Origin: Euprymna scolopes
Taxonomy: Eukaryota
Reading direction: 5' to 3' (one strand)
Length of the DNA stretch: 64,000 bases
Assembly: GCA_053919585.1 (NCBI GenBank)
Contig: CM132791.1
How positions within the stretch are numbered: position 1 is the first letter of the stretch; each line of letters starts with the position of its first letter. A program made the position numbers and the translations under genes. This document shows positions 28,126 through 41,772 of the stretch, piece after piece. The notes under the pieces are model-generated. The model was not told the DNA's origin and searched no databases. It saw only the letters and a list, made by a program, of their open reading frames with translations.

Positions 28126-29162
28126 TATAATGCAATGATATATATAAAATTTATTCAACTATTGAACATTATACATCCTATTTATAAGCTTATCTTCATA
28201 TATATCATTTATTACATTACAATCAGTATTACTCATGGTTAAACCTATTCACGGTTCAATAACTGCCAAGTAGATTATGTAACAGCAACATGTTTTCTGA
28301 TAATGGAGCTGGCGATTGAGCAGAATTTATGTATACATGCGAGACTCAATAAGAATTGGTTTATGTTCAATGAAAAACGACTAATTTTACTAATTTGAAA
28401 AGCTGTTGCGCATTATAGTGTTCCCTGAACGAGAAGTTCGTGGAAATTTGGGTACATTATAAAAGTTGCGTTTAGTTTTCTATAGAGAGAACAAGAAATG
28501 TTCGGTTATTCTAGCAAGACTTGGTATTTGTTGTGACAGTTTTACAAGGAACATAATATATTAAAGTTTGGTTAAGAACTTGTATTAAGGTAAATAAAAT
28601 AGCGAAAATCTACCGACGTATGTTCTGTATGAAAAACATAGTATACTGGATAAAACACGCACGACCCACTCGATTTCCAGATTGGGTTTGTATCCATTCC
28701 ATGCAGATTAATAATCTTAAGCACAATTCCTGCAAATGTGCAAAAATAATAAACAAAGGAAATAATTTTCTAAGGATTTGCATTATAAATAAAAGTAATT
28801 GCTTGCATTAATTGGAAGATCCAAAATGTTATTCTTACCTTGATTTTCATTTACTAGTAGTTTTGGACGTTTTTCGAATAAATCTCACGGATCTTCGATT
28901 TTTTTTTTGGCGAACCGGGGAATCATAATGGATTTCCAAAAGGGCATTTATTTACTCCATGCGAAGCGTAGAATTTTACGGCTTAAAGTGGATTTACATC
29001 TCTGAATGCTATAAGTGTCCACATTGACATATAAAACAATTATATCTGAAAAGTATTTTAAACCATAATATATAATAATAGCATAACAATAACAGTTATA
29101 CATGATGATAGAAAACTAAATATTTATTCCTATTATTTTGATTTTTTCGACTACTAAATAAT

Positions 29163-29640
29163 GCAATTTTCACTCTGATTCTCAAGATGTAACCTAGAGC
29201 CATCTTCAGACGGTTCTGCTGAAATGTGGAATCTTTTCGAATACCGGATGCGGAAATTTGCACATGATTTTATACGCAATATTAGAACAAATTTACAGAG
29301 ATGGCATGTAATGTAGTAATTATAAATAGTAATATCAAGAGATATATAATAAATAGTTTGATTGCATATGTAAACGAAATCAATTTAAGTCTGCTAGATC
29401 TCTCCGAAAAGACACGTAGATGAACAACTTGGTAAAAGCCAGTTGTGAATACTAATTTTCTAGAGTTTCATTTCTAAGTTATAGCGACACTGAAAATATA
29501 ATTGAGAAGTTCTTACGATTTTTGAACGAGAGAATACTAACACAGTGGATTAAACAAATTTTTCCCTTCAGAATTCCGTATAAATTTCCAGATTTCTCAG
29601 ATAGATTTCCGACTTCGGCAAAAAAGCGCTAATTCGTCAA
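29163..29640 (-). mobile_element. Possible Penelope-like remnant (GIY-YIG region followed by hammerhead-like core)
   Basis: Minus strand PSCSSTC...G..SRLK-like segment near 29385-29440; downstream ctgaaga-tg-gctct...agagt-gaaa at 29209-29168. Confidence 0.35.
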
Positions 29641-30474
29641 GATATAACTGAAAAGGTTGGTTGTTCGACATACAGATTTTTTGTAAGACCAACCATCAAG
29701 GTGAGAAAATTAGTCAAGGGAATCCAAATAATACGACTAATAAATCCTTATCTGAAAAAATTCAGAAGCATGAGAACAATTTACCTAGGCTAATTAAATA
29801 GATTTTACTGGCCTCATGTGCATCCAAATGCATCTAAATGCAAATACCGACCTCATATGCATCCAAAAGAGTTTTGAAGCTATATTTTATTTAGATTAAA
29901 ATTGCAGCAGGTGTAAACGAATTTATAATTTTTATTATGCACAAAATATTAAAATATTAATGTGGAAACCAAAACATATCTTTATTGAATTTTTTTAAAA
30001 TTATATTATTTATTCTAAAACATGTTGGATTATTACTTTTATTTAGACACACATTCAGTAATAGTGAATATCATAAATACAAAATTACTTTTGCCTGGGA
30101 AATACTTGCATGCACATGCTTGCTCATACCCTGTTTACTATACACCAGGTGATTGAAAGCATCATAGCATTAAGAGCTTGTAAATTATTGCTGGTATATA
30201 TATGTCCTTTGACGAATGGATATGATAAACACATGTACTGCATCGTGTCTTATTTAGAATTAAAATATAGGCGCCATCATTCAAATTTAGATGTAATTAT
30301 TCCCTCTTTACAAGAAAAGTTTTCATGAAAGGCGAGAACTAAAAGCCAAAATAGTATGTCTGCTACGTAATTATCGTTTAGTAGATGTATAAACATTTAA
30401 CTGAATGGCTAGACCAAATAAGCAACGCTTATTTTATTGGTTTCAATATCTATAAAGAATAGAATGCTTATCCC

Positions 30475-31500
30475 AGGACGAGTATAAGCAATAGTTGTTA
30501 TTTTTTACACTGTTCGAGGAGAGAGGTTTCTGATAAAGTTTCCTTTGAACAACCAATTTGTAAAGTTTAAATAAATATACTGATTGCAACGAAAAATGTT
30601 CGTCCTTTAGAAGACGACATGATTCCATTTTATTTTGATGAATACTGGTTTTCGTTCATATTTCAAACCATCTACTAGTTTGCCAGTTTTGTACAAATCT
30701 CAAAGGTGATAGGAGCCTTCTATAATGTAAAACAGTAACACAATATTTATCGAGCGAAAGGAGAGATACGCCACAGTACAACTCAAGCTCTCTAATGATA
30801 CAAATTATGACACCAGGACCATTACCATCACTCTCAAAATGCAAATCCATACAGTTCCATGCTTGAGAACCCAACATCACGGATCAGACGACCATTTCCT
30901 GATATGGTTATAGGTTTTATTGGAGGGCCGCACAATTCCACCCCTCGTCTTCGAAGTCGGCTTGAATGTCATAAACCAAGTCATACTCAAAGTGCTTTAG
31001 AGTTTGGTGATTCTCTGGTGCAATCACGTGTCCTCTGGCAGATCCGCAGTGTGGCAGCAAAACTCCAAACATGTTAAAATGTACCCCGACCTTTTCTTTT
31101 GAAATATGGATATCCAGCAATGGGTGCCCCCGCGTTAAATTTTTGTGGCGGAAGGTGCGCAATATCCATCCACACCTTTCCTATGTCAGTATTGTTAAAA
31201 AAACATGTGGCAAATTAAATGTACGTACAGGACGACGGGTAAAAAATGCCGAGATAAGCGGAGAGCACATACATCACCTAGAATTCCCAACTGCTCAGCC
31301 ATCTGTTATTAACCAGGATAAACGTTACTTAACCTCGTTCATCTGACGAAAACCTGTGTGGCAAGGAAATTATGCCGTATTTTCCGTGTTAGTCTAAATT
31401 GCAGTGGAAATAACCTACAAATGACTTACAGTTTAAAATGCAACTGTTCATATATGCTCTAAACAGAAATATTAATTTCCAACGTGTATCAAAGAAGATA
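30475..31500 (+). mobile_element. Decayed maT/DD37D-like Tc1-mariner element, copy 1
   Basis: Plus frame EGRTIPPLVFEVGLNVINQVILKVL*SLVILWCNHVSSGRSAVWQQNSKH; collinear with 58590-59443. Confidence 0.75.
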
Positions 31501-32506
31501 CTGTTGAGTGTATATACCTCGTCTGCCTGCTTGAGGGGGTATCATGGCTTTAGTTAAACTTTACCATAAAAGGCAATCACCATGGTTTAATTGTACTTTA
31601 AAAGAATCTTTCATTTCGAAATACACATATACATATCTGACTACATGCAATACGCTTAAATATCATACTTTCATTTATGTATATTTTGTATTTATTATTA
31701 TAGAGATTTTCCTCTATTATTTATAAAATTGGTCCCTAATTACAGAAATGATTACAAACGTAAATGATGATATTAATGGGGGCCTGCAGCTAGAATAACA
31801 CAAGCGTTTAGCTTTCTAGCATTATGCGAAAACATGTGAGCTAAGGTCACATGCATATCAAAGCTTTATAAATTGGCTGACTTAATTGCATAAATGCATA
31901 TATTCGCATGCGTAAATCTTGCGCACTCGTTGAAGTAAGGCATTTGGGAGGTAGCTTCTTTCTTCAACTTTTACCATTTACAAGTGGCAGCATTTTTCAA
32001 CTAAAACCCAAATCGAAATAGATATGTGTGTTCAGATTAACCATATATCCCGTTTCTGTAGACCAAATAAAAGGACAAAGTAGTGTTAGCACTTTTTTAC
32101 AGCCATAAAATGTTTTCATAGCCATTTGTTTTTCTAGTTTTGCATATGAATTACAAAATATCTGATATTTCCTCCAAATCTCTAACTTTGCTGAAGGGGA
32201 GACTAAAACTTACTGTTATATTGTCAAACGATCTGAAACAACAGCATTAAGATACTCGATTCTAAATAATCCTTATATCCTATATCTCCTCTCTTTGGTT
32301 TTTTATACATGAAGTAAACGTCACAGTGTATAAATATTATTTGATATTGGAGATATTCATAATCGTACCCTATGTCCAAAAGAGGGTAGATATAACATAT
32401 GAGGAATATTTAGAATCAAGTCTATACTTGCTGGTATTGCAGATCATGTGAACCCCTAACCCGATAGTTCTAGTCTCCCTTCCCTCAAGGCCAGAGGTTT
32501 GGGGAA

Positions 32507-32598
<92 letters not shown>

Positions 32599-32979
32599 GC
32601 GTGTGTATACATGAAGAAAGATACACCCATTTAGATGTAGTTTAATAACTTACGTAGAAGCGGGGGTTAAATTTAAATATTAATATTAGTTAATTCTAGC
32701 AATACAACTAAAATACATACTACCACTACTACTACTACTACTACTACTAATAATAATAATAATATCCATGGAAACTAATTCTCAGGAATAATGCTGTGAT
32801 TCAATTCACCGCTAACTTAATTATAAATGAATATCTTAAAACGAGTATACTGACCACATAAAAAGTAAACTTGTAGAATATATTATACTTTATTTAGCAG
32901 ACGGACCAACGAAATAGCGTATGAAAAATTGTTGAACTGTTTACATAAATAATATTTGTACTAGAATAAACATAGTATT

Positions 32980-33420
32980 ATGATAGCTGAAAATCACACG
33001 TAGAAGGGGGAAATCGTAGACGATATATACATTGTTGGCCCTGATGCGAAATTTTGTAATCAGTTATATAGCGATGGCAGAATACTAGCCCTTCAATAAT
33101 GTAAAATCTGACATGATTACAATGAATAGCGGGTTAACTATTCACTATGCAACTAACGATGCTATAGGCATACAGGCGAACAATGGGACAGAATCGGAGC
33201 CGTGTAATAGGACATAAAGAGGAAAACCTTGCTGAATTACAAGAAGGCGAAAAATCTAATCAAATCAGTATAAAACCCCACAGAACAGAGGAGAACAGGT
33301 TATGCGAACGCAGAAAACTATTACACAAAATAAAGTATGATCAACACCTTGCATTGATAAAAATAAGTTCCCGGGTGTGCAAATTTACTAATAAATCAAA
33401 TAAACATCGAAAAAGCATAG
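32980..33420 (-). mobile_element. Decayed CR1-like LINE RT C-terminal fragment
   Basis: Minus GFIL...LFMSYYTAPILSHCSPV resembles 'LYKS.VRPILEYCSPVW'. Confidence 0.45.
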
Positions 33421-33494
33421 TTAAGTTGAAACAAAACTAGTACTACGTATTGAAAGATTAGTATAGATAGGCAGAATAATCGATGCGAAATAAT

Positions 33495-34256
33495 GTTACA
33501 AATCTGTTGAACTCAGGGCCGGCCACTCAAGAGTCGTTCGTCATTAAAATAGGGAAGTCTAAACAGTTGGATATATGAGTGACGCATGAATCGAACGATA
33601 ATGAAAAAATCTTCGGCTTCAGATGTCTTCTATGCTCCTTCTGCGCAAGATCGACCCATTTCTTGAGCGGATTGTGACGTGTAATGTGAAGTGGATCGTC
33701 TATGACAACCAGCGACGGTCGGCAAAGTAGCCGAATGTCAGAGAATCTCTACAGCATTACCCGAAGCCGAAATTGCATAAAAAAGATAATGGTGAGTATT
33801 TCCTGGTCGGCGGCCTCTCTCATCCATCACACATTCTTGCATCCGGGTGAGACGGCGGAGAAATACTGCCGATTAATTGACAAAAATCATTAGAAACTCC
33901 AACGTATGTGCCCAAGATTGGTCAATTCTCCTAAAAGACAACGCTCGCTTGCATGTTGCTTAACATATTTACCAGAGCTCTCGCCCACCCATTATAAATT
34001 TGTAAGCATTTCAACAACTTCTTGCACGAATAATTCTTCAAACACCGCCACTTTGCCGAATGGACTTTACATAAATTCATCGCTTCTAGGACTCCGGATT
34101 TCTAGGCTACACCTGTTTCTCGTTGGCTAAAAATGTATCGATTCTAATGGTCCTTTTTTTCGATGAATAAAGTTATTATGAAAGTAGTTATAGTATTTTA
34201 TATTTGAAAGTAAAAAAACAAAAAAATGGTATTATTATTATTGAATCAACCTAATA
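33495..34256 (+). mobile_element. Mariner element, 3' two-thirds with right TIR (pseudogene)
   Basis: FLERIVTCNVKWIVYDNQRR (first catalytic D region), PELSPTHY (SPDLSPTDY-like), RWLKCIDSNGPFFDE*, terminal tcaacctaata. Confidence 0.88.
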
Positions 34257-34339
34257 TAATAAATGGATATTACTTCGTTTTTGTGAATAAAAGTTTTTGA
34301 CCGGCAATTAATTTCACTATGTATGTTATGGTTCCAAGT

Positions 34340-35260
34340 TTCTGATTTTCGGATTAAAAATATGTTGGTCCTTGATGATGTAAATTCCTGAGTCAAGTAA
34401 TGTTGAAATTACTTGTAGAAGTAATTACTGGTTATAGATGAGCCAAAGCCAAAAGTTTGGATATAAAATATAATGCAGTTCGGAGCTTAAGCAAATGAAA
34501 ATAGGCATTTAGACCGGTGTAAAAGAAACAGGACTATGAATTATCCGGAGCTGTGAAGATAAGGAACGAAGAGATGAGTAAGGCTTGAGGGAAGAGATAG
34601 CACCAAAAAATGTTAGTAAGGGGGGACGATTGACCTTAAAGAGTAGATCTGTTTTTGTTAGTGGGAATAGTTAGTTATGGTGATATCATTTTCTCCTTTA
34701 TATTTCAGTGTTGCCATGTATAATAGGGTTATATGTCTTGGCTTGAAACTTTGAGAATTCTCTTCTGTAATTAATAACCTTTAATATTAAAATGGGTCAA
34801 ATCTATTTAGAATTAATGTTGCGTTTTAATAAAGAGATGCTGATTATAGGGGTATAATTGTAGGGGAAAGTTGAATTTTAAGGAATGGAGACCAAGATGA
34901 TGTTTCAGAGATTAGGATTGAACTGAAGGGGTGGTGGTTATTGTGGAATTTGAATTAAGGCTTTAAGCAATGAAAAAATAAAGTGGTTATAAGAAAAAAC
35001 ATACTGGGAGGCGCATTTATTAGAATTTGTTAAGTGAATATAAGTATATAAGGATGTTTCTTTACTTTTGCATTCCAACATGAATATGGATAGGTGTGTT
35101 GCTGGATTGTTTACAAGGTACAATGGGGAATGTATATTTAGGGTTATGTCTGCAACTTGATATTATTTCTGATTTAAGATTGAGACCATGCCATCAATAA
35201 TCAAATTTAAAGATGGTGACTGTCTTACTGTTTATTACTTTAAGTACGTTGGTATACACA
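34340..35260 (-). mobile_element. Possible decayed LINE ORF1/endonuclease region
   Basis: Strong G-over-C skew on + strand; minus FFYTGLNA resembles the GDLNAH endonuclease motif; heavily interrupted. Confidence 0.3.
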
Positions 35261-36399
35261 ATATTAACAGACCCTGTTTTCTTGTGCAGAATCCTTAAAG
35301 TAATTATTTATTTTTATATGCCATTTAATTATATCGAGCATCATAAATTAAAGAATTGGTAGAAATTAATATGGAATATGATTGAATNNNNNNNNNNNNN
35401 NNNNNNNNNNNNNNNNNNNNNNNNNNNNNNNNNNNNNNNNNNNNNNNNNNNNNNNNNNNNNNNNNNNNNNNNNNNNNNNNNNNNNNNNNNNNNNNNNNNN
35501 NNNNNNNNNNNNNNNTTAAGCATATTTGATTAAATAATATAGACAATATGTATGCAGAGACTTTTTTATACTGTATAATCTTCTAAAAATAATTATTTTT
35601 TTCTCGCGATATCTTGCTGATGTAAATATCATAAAAATCTATTTACTCGAATAGTTTCAGATCCATCATGATCAATTTTCCAAGGTTCTTATTAGTAAAA
35701 ATGTTACACTATTTACATTAGTTATTTAGTATGAAGGCAAATCGAAACTGGTACAAGGGGTATTACAAATAAGGTATCCCATTTTTATTCGCTCGAATGT
35801 ATCAGATGTGCATTTAATTAGATTTAGGCATCTCTTACCTAAATATTTATTGTTTCTGGTGCAGGTAATGATGTTGTAAGATTCTAAAAAAAATAACCCC
35901 TGACTAAAATGAATGGATATGTCGTAATATATTGAATAAAATAGAAAAAATTCGAGAAATATATTATTCAACAAAAAATACAGAAATTATTATTTTTCCC
36001 TGTTGATATCCAATAAATGGCTAATATCTTCGGAGAAAATGTTTTATGAAAGAATCTTTATGAGGAATCATAAATGTTGTAGTAAGCACATAGATTGATA
36101 AACTAAATGGCTCGCATGAATAACTTAAAAAACACGACGAGGTAAAATACATTGCAGACTGTAATATTTCCACACGATTGAACTAAATATTTTTCTGAAG
36201 ATTTTGTTAGATAAAATTACTAAAAAAATATCCAGACGGTTGTTAGATTTCTAATATAATAGAAATTCTATATATTATTTAAAAATACATATTATTAATT
36301 ATGAAAATGTATTAAAATTATAATTTTGATATTTTTTTAAATATTAATTTAAATATAATGTGGAAAATGCTCACTTGATATGTCTACACATATACACAT

Positions 36400-36985
36400 A
36401 TGTGTTTGTGTGTGTATGAGTGTTAGTGTGTGTTTGTGTGTGTATGAGTTTCAGTGTGTGTTTGTGTGTGTATGAATATCAGTGTGTGTGTGTGTGTGTG
36501 TGTATGAGTGTCAGTGTGGGTTCGTTTGTTTCTGTGTTTATGAGTGTCAGTGTGTGTATGAGTGTCAGTGTGTTTGTGTGGGTATGAGTGTCAGTGTGAG
36601 TGTGTGTATGTGTGTTTGTGTGTGTATGAGTGTCAGTGTGTGTTTGTGTGTGTATGAGCGGCAGTGTGTGTTGTGTGTGTATGAGTGTCAGTGTGTTTGT
36701 GTGTGTATGAGTGTCAGTGTGTTTGTGTGTGTATGTGTGTCAGTGTGTGTTTTAGTGTGTATGAGTGTCAGTGTGTTTGTGTGTGTATGAGTGTCAGTGT
36801 GTTTGTGTGTGTGTATGAGTGTCAGTGTGTTTGTGTGTGTGTATTAGTGTCAGTGTGTGTTTGTGTGTGTGTATGAGTGTCAGTGTGTTTGTGTGTGTTC
36901 ATGAGTGTCAGTGTGTGTTTGTGTGTGTGTATGAGTGTCACTGTGTGTTTGTGGGTGTATGAGTATCAGTGTGTGTTTGTGTGTT
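36400..36985. repeat. Minisatellite, ~22-26-bp unit gtatgagtgtcagtgt(gt)ttt(gt)n, about 20+ copies
   Basis: Direct inspection; source of the YECQCVCV ORFs. Confidence 0.95.
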
Positions 36986-37594
36986 GAGCGGATTCATCGG
37001 AATCGGATATCTGAAAAATATCAAATTTCGACGTATAAGAATCGTATCACAAATAGCAAGTTATCTATGTTGTTCTCTTTTTATTCTGGTGACATGCTCC
37101 TATCGGATGCTTGAGCAATCATTTGTTAAGTCTGGCGAAGTATCAGCATAATTACTGATAGTTTAGTTCACATCACCAGGAATTTCACAATTCATCTTTT
37201 GGTCCAGTAAATAGTTGTGTCAATTTAATGTATGTGAGATTTGAATAATATGTTATTAATATTTCGTCAATTTATCCAGACAAGCACTACTCCATGCAAC
37301 CCAGGACATTCTGTGACAATGTATAATAAGTAATTTTATATTTTAATCGTGTATGTCGGCAAATCACTGTTAAATATTGATATAAGGTGAAAACCTTAAA
37401 ACTCTGAACAAACACTATTGAACATATATACGTATTGATGTTAAAAATCTTAAAATATTTTTACAACAAAACTATTCAAAATTGCACACTTTTAGAAATG
37501 ACATTGAAACCAAATATTCAAACAATCATTGCAGTATTTTATAGTCAATGAAACAACATATTTAGTATAATCGTTTTTATTATTCGCGTAAAAT

Positions 37595-37655
<61 letters not shown>

Positions 37656-38863
37656 TTCATAATATCATATTATTAAAACATGATTTTGATATAATTTTTT
37701 CACCCTAAACATCGCTCGCGGGATGGTGGTTTCAGAAAGCTTATACCTTTCAATTATACTATATTTAAATTTCATATTTTTAATAGATCACCATTTAATG
37801 ATAATATAATTCAAGAATTTATGTGATGTATTTCATTGCTAATATTGAAATATGTTCTTCAAGGCATAAGCACGTAATCCAAAAGATAAAATTTAAGGTA
37901 ACAATCATTAATAGTTAATGGTCTCCTAGATAGCGAAGCTTAAATTCTTACTGCTCTTGATACAAACTAAAAATAAAATATAAGTTAATTGAGACTTGTA
38001 TACAAGCCATGATTGACAGTACAAGAATTGAGGAATTAAAATAATTCATGTGTAAAACATTTCGTAAATGTTCTCTAAAACGATAAGATGAACAAAAATC
38101 TTGTGAGCATATCCCATAAAATGAGAAGAGTAGTCTAATAATTCAAGTATATTATAACATTTTGAACGTTCGAATTTTAGTTTTAACATAACTGTAGTTT
38201 TATAATTGGTGTGCTCTGACGGATATAAATACATAGTTTTAAAACTAGATATACATATACTAATAAATTCGATAAACGCGAACTAGGCTACCTTATAGCA
38301 TATATTACAAATTCATAATCGTTTGTTAGTCAACTTCACCTGTATCAACAAGCTATAAACAACGTTTTTACAGACTCTGAACCGACGTAAATGATGACAG
38401 CCTAAAATCAGCAAAAAAAAAAATTAATAAAGTATTTAATTTTAGTTTATGTTTAATATGGAGTTTTCCTAACAATCGTCACATAATTCGAATATATCGT
38501 TTGTATTGGTAAAAACTGTATGTGTGTGGATTCATCTTTGCGAATGAAACTGTATTAATTAAAATTATTAAGTTGTTTCTGATATTTTACTTCAAAATAA
38601 ACAATATCCTATTGAAGTTAAGGGTTGTAGATTCAGGATAATATTTATTCAGAAAAGGAAATTCATATAACAAGATATATAAATTATTATATCATAGGTG
38701 TTCGAGATTTCATTTATCATAATCATCGCGGTGTTTGTGAATTTGCTACACAAAGTTAAAATCTTAAGACCGATTCTGGCTAGAGATAAAGTAATGATAT
38801 TTCAAAAAATATAATTTCTAATTAAAACCCCCAGTCATTGGGCAATATCATTCTCTGCATTAT

Positions 38864-38866
<3 letters not shown>

Positions 38867-38938
<72 letters not shown>

Positions 38939-39230
38939 CTATATGTACATAAATGTATATAAAGACATATATGTGTGTACGTATGTTTATAAAGGGGTAT
39001 ACACATTTGTATATATGCATATACACGTGTATATACATGTGTCTGTTTATATATACATATATTTGTGTATGTATATACATGTACATATAAAGATATATAT
39101 ATATATATACATATACATGTAAATATAAATATATATATATATATAGGTTTATATATATGTAAATACATATATGTATAAGCATATGTATATATACATATGT
39201 ATACATCTATATGAATATATATCCGTATAT
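38867..39230. repeat. (TA)n and degenerate TA/CA/TG low-complexity tract
   Basis: Direct inspection. Confidence 0.9.
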
Positions 39231-40029
39231 NNNNNNNNNNNNNNNNNNNNNNNNNNNNNNNNNNNNNNNNNNNNNNNNNNNNNNNNNNNNNNNNNNNNNN
39301 NNNNNNNNNNNNNNNNNNNNNNNNNNNNNNNNNNNNNNNNNNNNNNNNNNNNNNNNNNNGCCACTAAAACGTAAGGGACTACTATAATATATTCCCAGGA
39401 CTTGTGTAGAAAATTATATTTACAGATTTACTACCTGTTTATACTATCTGGATAATAAACTAGCGATGTTAATAGCTCGAGAGAACATAAGAGAAAATAA
39501 AATTAAAACTATTTCATATGATGTTTCTGCAATTTGAAACATCTACAGTAAAGCGAGGTTATTTTCTTGTTATCGAATGGCTCGGTAATATTTTTGTTTG
39601 CATTACATTACAAAATGATCATCGAATTACATCAAGTTGAAATGTTTATAAAATCATATCAAGAACAACAACCTGAAGAGTCGGCAATGGTTACAACTTG
39701 GAGAAGTAGCGGTCATATTAGGTGAAAAATTCATTTTTTACATGCTCTTTAAACGGGATATAATTTGGTTTACACTACAGGTGTTGTGTTTTGGTAATTC
39801 GTAACAGTAAAACAAATGTTGACCCTATAAAGAGAAAATGGCATTACATTTAAAAGTTTAAATATATTCAACTATCATTAGGAACAAAAATATTGTTTTT
39901 TTACATGGGGTTTAAAACCACCACCTTAATTTTTCCCATCAACTTATGCTCCATTATTTTTCTATCTCATCTATATAAAAAAATAATTATCCAATGCCTC
40001 CACACCTCCGACTGTGCTGGTTATAATAA

Positions 40030-40915
40030 TCTATATATCTATGAAAGTGAACGTGCCTCTGTGTGTGCCTTTGTGTGTCTGGGTGTGTCTGTGTACATTT
40101 CCTACGCAATGACTCTGTCAATTGTTAGTCTGCAGACTCCAAATTGTATGTACAGGGTACTGAGAGTCGGGAACATCGATGTAATTGATTTTTGGCTAGA
40201 AATTTGGCCATAAAGGGGTCAACGTTCTACGATTTGCCCTTTGAGAACTCTATCAAACTCCTCCGACAATTTTGGGTCCACGCATTTGAAATTTTTGATA
40301 TAGTTTCCTTGGACAACTAACTTAATAACTTGATTTGAGCCCAAAACGATAAATTTTAAGGGGTTAAAGTTAAACAAAATTGACCTCTGCGGTCTCTTCC
40401 AACTGACTCAGACAATTTCTGATCTTAATATTTGAAATTTTACATAAAGGGTATTCAGAGATAGGGCAAGCTTTTTCATCAGTTTGGGTTGACAAATTTA
40501 GTGACCAATATATAAATGTATATATGTATGTCTGTTTGCATGTCTAGCTTAAACTTTCAATAGAGTAGATGGATAGTTCCAAGATCAGTATCGTTTTAAG
40601 GTTCGACCTTTAACAAATATCGAAAAATTGGCTAAAAACATTAATATATTCCCTTTCAATTATATACTTTTCTACAGTGGGGGTCACTTTTTTCGCCGAT
40701 ATTTATGAAAGTTATCCTCTCATTTAGATTGTCTAGCCTTAATCTTTAAAAATGTCGCTTCCGGTTTGGCGGTGTTCGTAATAGCATAAACGTTAGGTTT
40801 TCCACGTTCTTTTCCTCCTTTGCGGTACGGGTTCGAGCCTGCCTTCCTACTACCACTTTTTTTTTGCTCTACATACACATCCAAACACCCGGGCAATGCC
40901 GGTCTGAAATGCTAG
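40030..40915 (+). mobile_element. Full-length non-autonomous Helitron, family C copy 2
   Basis: A|TC 5' end (tctatatatctatgaaag), GT-rich tract, internal repeats, 3' GC hairpin ccgggcaatgccgg then CTAG|T; no TSD. Confidence 0.85.
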
Positions 40916-41717
40916 TACTGGATATAATGGTTATGCCGCGATTAGGGAGCTTTACAAAGTCAAGTGTGACTGTTTATTTGCAATATGTACATGTTCAGTG
41001 ATACATTTGGGTTAAATCTGTCATTTCTATTTAATGGTTGAATAAAAACGATTGATTAGAGTTTGTTTCCTGAGAAAATGTATGTCTAGGAAAAATATTA
41101 AACTTTTTTTATGGCAATCGATCCGAACAAGAAATGCAGCCATTTGCTGTAAATAGTCGATATATAACCTCCTTGTAAGAACTAAGCCAGCGCATTGTTT
41201 GGTAGGTGGCCTCTCGTCGAGAAAACAAGAATTATTTCCTCTTTTTCAGAAAAATTGACCATCGAATGTGAGTTCCGGAAAGAAAATAATGGAAAGTATT
41301 CCACACACATCTTGGAATAATACGTACTGTTTGGAAATGAATTGTGTTTATAAAGGTTGGAATGCAATAGAACATTACAACCAGCCAAATGCATAACATA
41401 GACTACGTTCAAATTGTATTATGTTTCCTAATTTGAAATGCCTTAGATTGATTCCATTTTAACTAAATAATCTATCGTGGTGTAACTGCATCAGCTTGTG
41501 TTTATGACTACTTAATATCGGAATTACTGTAACATAGAAGAATTTCATTCTATCTTACATGTTGCTGGAGTATTACTCCGAAGATTTTACAATTTAATAA
41601 ATGTGTGTACACAATTAATGCTATACATGTATTTAATCGTAAACATCCCAGATTATCATGATATTATATTGTCCATTGAAATATAACATTCAAAAATATA
41701 TCAAACAATATTCTTAC

Positions 41718-41772
41718 CTGCTAGGAAGAATCCGATTGCCTTTATTCTGCAGCTGCAATATCCTTTCCTCAT
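41718..41772 (-). CDS. Candidate first coding exon of an unidentified host gene (MRKGYCSCRIKAIGFFLA, phase 1)
   Basis: ATG, open frame, strong donor CAG|GTAAGA; TCAGT / tttttcag signal at ~41979-41990 upstream. Confidence 0.3.

Noticed and set aside
30656-31346. Four overlapping ORFs suggesting a novel or viral gene
   Set aside because: A different, stop-interrupted plus frame is a maT-like transposase homologous to 58590-59443
36400-36985. CRISPR-like array or Cys-rich protein
   Set aside because: Spacers are GT repeats, no cas genes, eukaryotic context
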